Assembly: GCA_944391375.1 (NCBI GenBank)
Contig: CALXTJ010000004.1
Coordinates: 1 to 49,654 of the forward strand
Reading direction: 5' to 3'
DNA: 49,654 nucleotides
Source: an uncultured Alphaproteobacteria bacterium
Lineage (GTDB): Bacteria > Pseudomonadota > Alphaproteobacteria > RF32 > CAG-239
Made by a program: the position numbers and the translations under genes. Shown in pieces: positions 10,446-18,544 of the stretch. The notes beneath the pieces are model-generated. The model worked only from the letters and a program-made list of their open reading frames with translations, searched no databases and was not told the DNA's origin. The first letter of the stretch is position 1, and every line of letters starts with the position of its first letter.

Positions 10446-11186
10446 ATGAACCGACGCGACTTTTTAATAAATTCAATACTGGCAATAGGCGGCAGCTATG
10501 TATTATCCGGCTGCGATGAAAAGCCTGTGCGTCAAGTTACATCAAACCAAGGAGGAAACATGAAAGTTTTAATGATTAACGGCAGTTCTCATGAAAAGGG
10601 TTGTACTTTTACTGCATTAAGCGAAGTTGCCAAAGAACTGAATAAAGAAGGCATTGAAACGGAGATTATTCAACTGGGTACGGCGGCATATCGGGATTGC
10701 ATAGGCTGCGGAGCCTGCCGCAAATTAAACGGACGCTGCGTTTTTGATGATGACATAGTCAATAAAATTATAGAAAAGGCAGAAAGTTCCGATGGTTTTG
10801 TATTCGGCTCACCCGTATATTATGCCCACCCGTCGGGAAGATTATTATCGGTTTTAGACAGAGCTTTTTATGCCGGAGGCAAGGCCTTTGCTTTTAAGCC
10901 GGCAGCGGCGGTTGTTTCGGCTCGTCGGGCAGGTACGGTGGCTTCCATTGATGTTATCAATAAATACTTTACCATAAATAAAATGCCGGTTGTTTCATCT
11001 TCTTACTGGAATGAGGTTCACGGCAGTACGGCCGAAGATGTCTTACAAGACAAAGAAGGCGTGCAAACCATGCATAACTTAGGCAAGAATATGGCATATA
11101 TGTTAAAAGCCCTTGCCCAAGCCAAACAGCAAGGACTTACCTGGCAAGAATTGGAAACCGGCAACCGCACCAATTTTATAAGGTAA
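10446..11186 (+). CDS. Iron-sulfur flavoprotein / flavodoxin-fold FMN reductase with N-terminal Tat-lipoprotein signal
   Basis: MNRRDFL twin-arginine, LSGC lipobox, then MKVLMINGS, CIGCGAC..GRC 4Fe-4S motif, GSPVYY. Confidence 0.85.
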   Translation: MNRRDFLINSILAIGGSYVLSGCDEKPVRQVTSNQGGNMKVLMINGSSHEKGCTFTALSEVAKELNKEGIETEIIQLGTAAYRDCIGCGACRKLNGRCVFDDDIVNKIIEKAESSDGFVFGSPVYYAHPSGRLLSVLDRAFYAGGKAFAFKPAAAVVSARRAGTVASIDVINKYFTINKMPVVSSSYWNEVHGSTAEDVLQDKEGVQTMHNLGKNMAYMLKALAQAKQQGLTWQELETGNRTNFIR

Positions 11187-11282
11187 TTTACAGACCATAT
11201 TTTACTAAAATTTGCTTGCGGAAAACACAAGCATTGTGGTACAATAACCCATTATTAGTATGGTAACCGGCGGAGATTGATT

Positions 11283-12017
11283 ATGAATAAAAAAACTATC
11301 GTCGTATTGGGTATAGGCCTACTGGTGTTGGTGTCGGCTTTAATTAGACAGTTGATGTTTAATAAAGTATTTTTGTATGCCGGTACCATAGAAACCACAA
11401 AAGTTATGATATCTTCAAAATTAAGCTCTGACATTGTTGAATATAAAGTAGATGAAGGTGATACGGTTACTAAAGGACAGCTTCTTATAGAATTAAGCTG
11501 CGATACTTATAAAGTTGCAGCTCGGCAGATAAATAATGACTATGAACGAGCCGCAGCTCTGGTGCAAAAAGACCATATTTCCAAAGCTGCCTACGATGTT
11601 GCCGAAAAAAATAAACGCGATAATGATTTAAAATTACAGTGGTGTCAAATAACTTCGCCGTTAGATGGTACGGTTATTACCAAGTTTAGAGAAAACGGCG
11701 AGGTCGTTGCCGCCGGAGAAACCTTGTTGTCCATTGCCGATACTTACGATGTTTATGCTTACTTTTATGTTCCGCATAATGAAGTTTACAAATTAAAAGT
11801 CGGGCAAAAAGTTATCGGTATTTTGCCTGAAGATAACAATCGTCGGTTTACGGGGCATATTACCAAAATCAGCGAAGAGGCGGAATTTACGCCCAAAAAT
11901 GTTCAAACTCGTGAAGAAAGAACGCGTTTGGTATACGGCATAAAAGTAGAGTTTGACAATCCGGATTTAATCTTAAAAGCCGGTATGACCATAGAAAGTT
12001 CTTTAAGCAATGAATAA
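11283..12017 (+). CDS. HlyD/YbhG-family membrane fusion protein
   Basis: N-terminal TM, VDEGDTVTKGQ lipoyl-like motif, ITSPLDG, AEFTPKNVQTREER. Confidence 0.9.
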   Translation: MNKKTIVVLGIGLLVLVSALIRQLMFNKVFLYAGTIETTKVMISSKLSSDIVEYKVDEGDTVTKGQLLIELSCDTYKVAARQINNDYERAAALVQKDHISKAAYDVAEKNKRDNDLKLQWCQITSPLDGTVITKFRENGEVVAAGETLLSIADTYDVYAYFYVPHNEVYKLKVGQKVIGILPEDNNRRFTGHITKISEEAEFTPKNVQTREERTRLVYGIKVEFDNPDLILKAGMTIESSLSNE

Positions 12018-12741
12018 CTTTGCCATAGAAGTTACCGATTTATGCAAAAGGTTTGGCGATATTGAAGCGTTGAAAAAGGTTTCCATGAGCTTTCAAACCG
12101 GAAAGCTTTACGGAATTATCGGACCGGCAGGAGCCGGCAAGACCACACTTTTCAGAATAATGCTGGGCTTGATGAATAAAGACAGTGGTAACATAGCCTA
12201 TCAATTTAACTCAAAAGATATTACGGTTGATGAGTTTCGTAATTATACGGCATATATGCCGCAAACGCAGAGTTTATACGCTGATTTGTCGGTAGAAGAG
12301 CATCTGGAATTTTTCAGGGATTTGTATGGTATTTCCGGTCAAGATTATTTGGATAAAAAGCAAGAACTGCTAAAAATGACGCGTCTTGATAAGTTTTTAT
12401 CTCGTCCGGCCGGACAATTATCGGGCGGCATGTATAAAAAGTTAGGTTTGATGTGTGCTTTGTTAAGATCTCCTAAGGTTATGCTTTTAGATGAGCCGAC
12501 CAACGGGGTTGACCCGATAAGTCGTCGGGAGTTTTGGGATATGTTGCACATTTCAGTGGAACAGGGCATTTTAGTTTTAATGACAACAGCCTACATGGAT
12601 GAAGCCGAGCGATGTTCGGAAGTGGTGCTGATGGAGGAAGGGCATGTTTTAGGCAGCGGCGAACCCAAGGAGTTGTTACAAAAAGCTCAAGTTAAAGATT
12701 TTGACGAATTCTTTTTACAAAGGGGAGGCGTCAAAAAATGA
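12010..12741 (+). CDS. ABC exporter ATP-binding subunit (YbhF-like, first half)
   Basis: Walker A GPAGAGKT, LSGGM, LLDEPTNGVDP. Confidence 0.92.
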   Translation: MNNFAIEVTDLCKRFGDIEALKKVSMSFQTGKLYGIIGPAGAGKTTLFRIMLGLMNKDSGNIAYQFNSKDITVDEFRNYTAYMPQTQSLYADLSVEEHLEFFRDLYGISGQDYLDKKQELLKMTRLDKFLSRPAGQLSGGMYKKLGLMCALLRSPKVMLLDEPTNGVDPISRREFWDMLHISVEQGILVLMTTAYMDEAERCSEVVLMEEGHVLGSGEPKELLQKAQVKDFDEFFLQRGGVKK

Positions 12742-13649
12742 GTGATTATATTGTTGAGGTAGAAAATTTATCGGTAAAATTCGGTAATTTTTATGCGGTA
12801 AAAAATATATCATTTAAGGTAAAAAAAGGCGAAATATTCGGCTTTTTGGGAGCAAACGGTGCCGGAAAAACTACCACCATTCGTGTTTTATGCGGATTAT
12901 TACCGGCAAGCGAAGGTAAAGTTATTATAGACGGAGTAGAGTTTGTGAAAGGTAAAGAAAATATCATCAAACAGAAAGTCGGCTATATGTCGCAACACTT
13001 TACCTTATATGATGACTTATCAATTAAAGAGAATATGGATTTTGCCGCCGGTATTCGTAAGCTTGCCAAAGATGAGTATGAAACTCGTCGGCAAAAATTG
13101 CTGGAATTTATAGATTTTAAGCAGGATTTATCAACCGTTGTCAAAGATTTACCGGGAGGTATCAAGCAGGAAATAGCTTTATGCCAGTCGCTTTTGCATA
13201 ATCCTAAGCTGGTGTTTTTGGATGAGCCGACTGCAGGTGTGGCTCCGGCTGCTCGTTATCGTTTTTGGGAGCTCATTAGGACTTTGGCACATCAAGGTAA
13301 AACCATTTTTGTAACCACTCACTACATGGACGAAGCGGAAAATTGCGGCCGTATAGCCTTAATGCGTTCCGGTGAGCTTATAGAATTGGATTCGCCGGAG
13401 AATTTGAAAGCCAAAACTTTTAAGCGGCAGATGTATAATTTTACTCCCAAGACAAAAGAGTGGATATTGCCGGATAAAAAAGACTTTGCCATTTTTGAAC
13501 CTTACGGACAGCACTATCATGTTTTGTTTAATGATAATGCCGATGAAGAAAAGCTCTTAAAAAAACTGAGTAAAAATTTTGAAATTGAAAAAATAAATCC
13601 GTCGTTGGAAGATGTTTTTATTCGTGTGGTGGAGGGACAAAACCGATGA
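12738..13649 (+). CDS. ABC exporter ATP-binding subunit (YbhF-like, second half)
   Basis: GANGAGKT, LPGG degenerate signature, FLDEPTAGV, THYMDEAE, C-terminal PSLEDVF. Confidence 0.92.
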   Translation: MSDYIVEVENLSVKFGNFYAVKNISFKVKKGEIFGFLGANGAGKTTTIRVLCGLLPASEGKVIIDGVEFVKGKENIIKQKVGYMSQHFTLYDDLSIKENMDFAAGIRKLAKDEYETRRQKLLEFIDFKQDLSTVVKDLPGGIKQEIALCQSLLHNPKLVFLDEPTAGVAPAARYRFWELIRTLAHQGKTIFVTTHYMDEAENCGRIALMRSGELIELDSPENLKAKTFKRQMYNFTPKTKEWILPDKKDFAIFEPYGQHYHVLFNDNADEEKLLKKLSKNFEIEKINPSLEDVFIRVVEGQNR

Positions 13650-14767
13650 AAATGTTTTCTTGCACACGAGCCGGAGCGATTTTTAAGAAAGAATTTAAGC
13701 ACATTTTTCGTGATCCTTTTACTCTGATGATGGCATTGTTGTTGCCGCTTTTGATTGTGTTGATTTTAGGAAATTGCATAGAATTTAATGTTCAGGAAAT
13801 AGATTTAGCCTATTGGGACCAAGATAAAACCGAAAGCTCACGCAAATTGGTGGAAACCTTTGGCAGTTCGGATTATTTTCGCCCCTATGAGGTAAACGAT
13901 CCCGACAAAGGCTTTGCCGATGTGGTTTCCGAACATGCCAAGGCGATGCTGATTATTCCCCCTGAGTTTGAAAAAAATTTTGTAACGGGCCGCAAGGCAG
14001 ATGTGCAAATCTTGCTAGACGGTGCGGATAATTCCTCCATTTCGGCCATTAACAATTACCTTAACACCATAAATACCGATGCCGTATATAAAATAAAAGA
14101 CATCCCGCCGACAGATGATTCTTTGCTGCAATTTAAAACGCGGTACTTGTTTAACCCGGAATTAAATTCCAAATGGTTTTCCATACCCGGAATTTCGGCG
14201 GTAATTATTGCCCTGGTGGCCATTATGCTAACGGCTCTGACCATTTGTAAAGAGTGGGAGCAAGGTTCTATGGAAATGTTGCTTTCTACGCCGGTAACAT
14301 CAATGGAAATAATGTTTGGCAAGCTTCTGCCGTATGCGGTTTTAAGCTTTTGCGGATTTATAATTGTATATGTGGCGGCCAGGCTGATTTTCGGTATACC
14401 GTTTGTCGGGAGTTATTTTATTTTGATTTTAGCTACCGTATTGTTTATTTTTGATTATCTGGCATTAGGATTATATGTTTCGGTCATAAGTCATGAACAG
14501 CAGGTGGCAATTCAATATGCGGCAACGATAGGTTTGCTGCCGACGGCATTATTATCGGGATTTATTTTCCCGATACAGTATATGCCGCAGATATTTCAGT
14601 GGGTATCGGCTTTATTTCCGGCCCGATTTTATATTGAGATATCCCGAGATCAATTTTTAAAAGCCAGCAGTTTTGAGGATTTAATTGTTCCGTTTACGGC
14701 ACTTTTTATTCAGGCAGTGGTGTTAATGAGTGCCTGTGTTTGGCGGTTTAGGAGGACCTTGGAATGA
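13646..14767 (+). CDS. ABC-2 type permease (YbhS-like)
   Basis: KEFKHIFRD, FNPEL, EWEQGSMEMLLSTP, multiple TM helices. Confidence 0.9.
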   Translation: MKMFSCTRAGAIFKKEFKHIFRDPFTLMMALLLPLLIVLILGNCIEFNVQEIDLAYWDQDKTESSRKLVETFGSSDYFRPYEVNDPDKGFADVVSEHAKAMLIIPPEFEKNFVTGRKADVQILLDGADNSSISAINNYLNTINTDAVYKIKDIPPTDDSLLQFKTRYLFNPELNSKWFSIPGISAVIIALVAIMLTALTICKEWEQGSMEMLLSTPVTSMEIMFGKLLPYAVLSFCGFIIVYVAARLIFGIPFVGSYFILILATVLFIFDYLALGLYVSVISHEQQVAIQYAATIGLLPTALLSGFIFPIQYMPQIFQWVSALFPARFYIEISRDQFLKASSFEDLIVPFTALFIQAVVLMSACVWRFRRTLE

Positions 14768-15852
14768 TTTTATTAAGCTTTATAAAAAAGGAGCTGATAA
14801 GCTTATTAAGAGATCCGGTTATGTTAGCCGCCATTTTGATTATGCCGATGGTGCAAGTTGTGGTGTTAAGCCAAGCCATTACCATGGAAGCCCGCAATTT
14901 GCATTTGGTGGTAGATAGCAACGGTGATGATTATGTGTTAGACCGTATTTACGATCACGCTTTAGGTTCGGGGTGGTTTGAAAAAGTTGCCCCGCTTCAA
15001 GAAAGTGCTATGGAAGCCGTACAATCCGGTAAAGCCGATGTTGCCATAATAGCGCCCCCGGGGGGATTGACCAAATCGTTATTAAGAAACGAAGGACGGC
15101 TGCAAATTTTAATTGATGCCACCAATGTGCTGAAGGCTCAAAGCATTGAAGGTTATTTGCAGGCTATTATCTCTCAGGTTATGCAAGAAGAAATGCATAT
15201 TAAGGTATCACAGCCGATAATTTTTAATACACGGATTTTATTTAATCCGCAACTGGATACGCAACATTTTTTAATTCCGGCGATTTTGGCCATTTTGGTA
15301 TTGATGTCGCTTTTAACTTTGATATGTATTTCTTTAACCCGAGAAAAGGAAAGAGGAACGATAGAAACTTTAATTTCGGCGCCGATATCCAAATATGACA
15401 TTATTTTCGGTAAAGTTGTTCCGTATATTTTGGTAGCACTGGTTAATATGTTTCTTATTCAAAGCATCGGGGTATTGTTGTTTGCCTTACCGTTTAAGGG
15501 ATCATTTTTAATGTTTATGGCCTCGTTTGTGTGTTTTTGCGTTCCGGCAACGGCAATTGCGGTATGGCTTTCCACCTATACGCACACGCAGCAACAAGCA
15601 ATGCTGGGAATGATAATTATTTTATTTTTATCACTGATGTTATCGGGAGCCTTATTCCCGATAGAAAATATGCCGTTGGTATTGCAATATGTAGCACAAT
15701 TAAATCCGCTCACTCATTTTACTTATTTAACCCGAAATATTATCTTAAAAGGAGCGGGGTGGAATTACTTTTTTGAACATGCTTCGGTAATGTTGGGAGT
15801 GGGAGCTTTTATAGCCTTTTTTGCCATAAAGAGATTTAAGACCACTTTATAA
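14764..15852 (+). CDS. ABC-2 type permease (YbhR-like)
   Basis: KELISLLRD, FNPQL, REKERGTIETLISAP, LSGALFPIENMP. Confidence 0.9.
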   Translation: MILLSFIKKELISLLRDPVMLAAILIMPMVQVVVLSQAITMEARNLHLVVDSNGDDYVLDRIYDHALGSGWFEKVAPLQESAMEAVQSGKADVAIIAPPGGLTKSLLRNEGRLQILIDATNVLKAQSIEGYLQAIISQVMQEEMHIKVSQPIIFNTRILFNPQLDTQHFLIPAILAILVLMSLLTLICISLTREKERGTIETLISAPISKYDIIFGKVVPYILVALVNMFLIQSIGVLLFALPFKGSFLMFMASFVCFCVPATAIAVWLSTYTHTQQQAMLGMIIILFLSLMLSGALFPIENMPLVLQYVAQLNPLTHFTYLTRNIILKGAGWNYFFEHASVMLGVGAFIAFFAIKRFKTTL

Positions 15853-15918
15853 AATTATGGCAACTTGACAATAAGTTTCGGATTAGGTAGTTTAAAACCA
15901 AATAAAAGAGGGAAACAG

Positions 15919-16887
15919 ATGAGAAGTTTTTTAGTTAAAGGCTTAATGGTTTTAATAGCCTTGCAGATACCGTTTAGTTTTTTTAACTGGCAAGTTCATA
16001 AACCATTGTCGATGACAAGCCCGATTGTGGTGGAAATGCCCAAAGGTGGCAATGCCGGGGTATTAGCTAAACAGTTAAAAGAAGAAGGAGTGGTAAAATT
16101 TCCGTTATGGGTAAAGTTGACTTCACGAGCTTTTGGCTATGATAAAAAGTTAAAAGCCGGAGAATATAAGTTATTACCGGGGATGTCGTTATTGGATGTA
16201 TTGGAAAAGGTGTCATCGGGAAAGGTAGTTTTACACCGCTTGACTTTACCGGAGGGTTTAACCACAAACCAGATGCTCAAAATTATAGAAAATAACGAGT
16301 TATTGACAGGTCCGATAACCGAGCCGGTTAAAGAAGGGGAACTGTTGCCGGAAACTTACAGTTTTCATAAAGGGGAGAGTCGTAACAAGTTTATTGTCAA
16401 TGCCAAAAAAGCCATGGATAAAGCCTTAAACGAGGCATGGGAAGGAAGGGATGAAGACCTGCCTTTAAATTCTCAAGAGGAATTGTTGATTTTAGCTTCC
16501 ATTATTGAAAAAGAAACAGGTGTGGATGCGGAAAGACAAAAGGTGGCCTCGGTCTTTGTTAATAGGTTGAATAAGGACATGTTACTACAAACCGATCCGA
16601 CGGTAATTTATGCCATAACACTGGGAAAGGAAGACTTGGGAAGGAGTTTAAAGCGGAAAGATTTACAGGTAGATAGTCCTTATAACACTTACAAAAACAA
16701 GGGCTTGCCGCCGACACCGATTTGCAATCCGGGGTTGGAGGCTTTACAGGCGGCGGCACATCCCGCAGATACCGATTATTTATTTTTCGTGGCCGACGGT
16801 AAGGGAGGGCATAATTTTGCCAAGAGTTTGGATGAACATAATCGTAATGTAAAAAGTTGGGTAAACAGTTTAAGGAAACAGAAATGA
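15919..16887 (+). CDS. mltG: Endolytic transglycosylase MltG (YceG)
   Basis: [49 protein letters not shown]; ATG 15919 after GAGGG. Confidence 0.95.
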   Translation: MRSFLVKGLMVLIALQIPFSFFNWQVHKPLSMTSPIVVEMPKGGNAGVLAKQLKEEGVVKFPLWVKLTSRAFGYDKKLKAGEYKLLPGMSLLDVLEKVSSGKVVLHRLTLPEGLTTNQMLKIIENNELLTGPITEPVKEGELLPETYSFHKGESRNKFIVNAKKAMDKALNEAWEGRDEDLPLNSQEELLILASIIEKETGVDAERQKVASVFVNRLNKDMLLQTDPTVIYAITLGKEDLGRSLKRKDLQVDSPYNTYKNKGLPPTPICNPGLEALQAAAHPADTDYLFFVADGKGGHNFAKSLDEHNRNVKSWVNSLRKQK

Positions 16888-17366
16888 TAAAAAACTTCAT
16901 AAATGAGTTTAAGAAGTTTGCCTTAAGGGGCAATGTAATAGATATGGCAGTAGGTATTATTATCGGAGCCTCTTTTAGCAAGATAGTGGATTCCTTGGTA
17001 AAAGACATAATAATGCCGCCACTGGGCTTATTGTTGGGAAAAGTAGATTTCACGAACTTATTTTTAGTATTGAATGATGGCGTAACCGAAGGACCTTACG
17101 CATCATTGGAGGCGGCCCAAAGTGCGGGAGCCATAACCTTAAATATCGGTTTATTTATAAATACACTGCTAAGTTTTGTAATAGTAGCGTTTGCGATATT
17201 TTTACTGATAAAGAGCATCAACACTTTGCAAGATAAGGTACTGGCAGCGGAAAAAAGGGCGGCAGATAAAGAGGAAGCGGCAACCACAAAGACTTGCCCG
17301 TATTGCTGTAGCGATATACCGTTACAAGCCACGCGTTGCCCGCATTGCACCTCCAAGTTAAAGTAG
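16884..17366 (+). CDS. mscL: Large-conductance mechanosensitive channel with C-terminal zinc-ribbon
   Basis: [24 protein letters not shown]; tail CPYC...CPHC; ATGA overlap with mltG. Confidence 0.93.
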   Translation: MIKNFINEFKKFALRGNVIDMAVGIIIGASFSKIVDSLVKDIIMPPLGLLLGKVDFTNLFLVLNDGVTEGPYASLEAAQSAGAITLNIGLFINTLLSFVIVAFAIFLLIKSINTLQDKVLAAEKRAADKEEAATTKTCPYCCSDIPLQATRCPHCTSKLK

Positions 17367-17391
17367 TGGTTTTTAGATACATTGCTTTAAT

Positions 17392-17435
17392 CAATCAAAA
17401 AAAAGACCATTTTTCATGGTCTTTTTTATTGGAGC
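17392..17435. repeat. Left copy of 44-bp direct repeat (terminator plus 3' end of tRNA-Gly), att-like
   Basis: CAATCAAAAAAAAGACCAT-TTTTC-ATGGTCTTTTTTATTGGAGC, matching 18396-18439. Confidence 0.8.
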
Positions 17436-17504
17436 AGCTTGCTATGTAATTATCGGACTAATTTCATGAATATATGAATTTGAAAAGAAAAAAATAAATA
17501 CCGC

Positions 17505-18245
17505 TTATATCTTTTTAACATCAAAAATAAAAGAGTAGCTACCTTGAATATCATTTTCATCTGGATATGCTAATAATCTACTTTGTTTAAGTATGTTTTC
17601 TTCACTATAATTATACAAATTTTCAAAAGAGAAATTTAAATCTTTTTCTATTTTTAAAACTTGAGTAATTACCTTATTGATAAATGATTGTCCGAGAATT
17701 TTATTAATATCAAAGCCAATTGCCTTTAAATTATCAACCATTTCATTAAATTGAATGACAGAAAGATGAAAAGGGTCAAGACTTTTACCCTTCTCACTTG
17801 TCACTTCATAGATTGCATTTGGGAAAGATAGAATTAAACGCCCTCCAGCAGGCAAAATATTATAAAACTTTTTGACAACATCAAATGGTTTAGGCGTATG
17901 TTCAATTGTTTCAAAGCTAATAATTATTGATGGCCTATATTGAGATAAGTGAATATCTTTGGTTAAATCTGTTTTTAAAAATTTTAAATTATGTTTTGCG
18001 TATTTCCGCTTAGCAATATTTAAATAATTATCGTTTATATCGTAACCAATGACATACTTAGCCTTGTCTGCTAATAAAGCACTTCCATATCCTGTTGCAC
18101 AAGAAATATCAGCAACAATATCAGTATTTGAAATGATATCCAATGCATAGAGATAGCGTCCGCAATGCTCAAGTTTCATAAAAAAATTTTGCGGAATCTT
18201 ATCAAATGGATTGCAATATTCATTATTTGCGTAATCGTTAATCAT
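17505..18245 (-). CDS. Class I SAM-dependent methyltransferase (AT-rich islet cargo)
   Basis: EHCGRY, VADISCATGYGS motif I, SFETIEH, GGRLILSFPN; visibly more AT-rich than its flanks. Confidence 0.85.
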   Translation of the reverse strand: MINDYANNEYCNPFDKIPQNFFMKLEHCGRYLYALDIISNTDIVADISCATGYGSALLADKAKYVIGYDINDNYLNIAKRKYAKHNLKFLKTDLTKDIHLSQYRPSIIISFETIEHTPKPFDVVKKFYNILPAGGRLILSFPNAIYEVTSEKGKSLDPFHLSVIQFNEMVDNLKAIGFDINKILGQSFINKVITQVLKIEKDLNFSFENLYNYSEENILKQSRLLAYPDENDIQGSYSFIFDVKKI

Positions 18246-18395
18246 GATTGTAATTCTTACATAGAACACACTAAAATTTTATTAAAAGTCTGATAATTTT
18301 ACTTAAATAATCATTTTCAAAATTGATAATTAACGATCCAGGAAAGCATATAGCGACCGTAGCGAACTTAGATGCCAAAGAGGTATTCCCGTCCG

Positions 18396-18439
18396 CAATC
18401 AAAAAAAAGACCATGAAAAATGGTCTTTTTTGTTGGAGC
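18396..18439. repeat. Right copy of 44-bp direct repeat, including the tRNA-Gly terminator
   Basis: CAATCAAAAAAAAGACCAT-GAAAA-ATGGTCTTTTTTGTTGGAGC. Confidence 0.8.
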
Positions 18440-18507
18440 GGGTAACGGGAATCGAACCCGCATTAAAAGCTTGGGAAGCTCTCATTCTACCATTGAATTA
18501 TACCCGC
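18434..18507 (-). tRNA. tRNA-Gly (anticodon CCC)
   Basis: GCGGGTATAATTCAATGGTAGAATGAGAGCTTCCCAAGCTTTTAATGCGGGTTCGATTCCCGTTACCCGCTCCA; 74 nt, loop TT-CCC-AA, U73-CCA end. Confidence 0.95.
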
Positions 18508-18544
18508 AAACATTACCGCAACAGGCAATCTTTACCACCGATAT

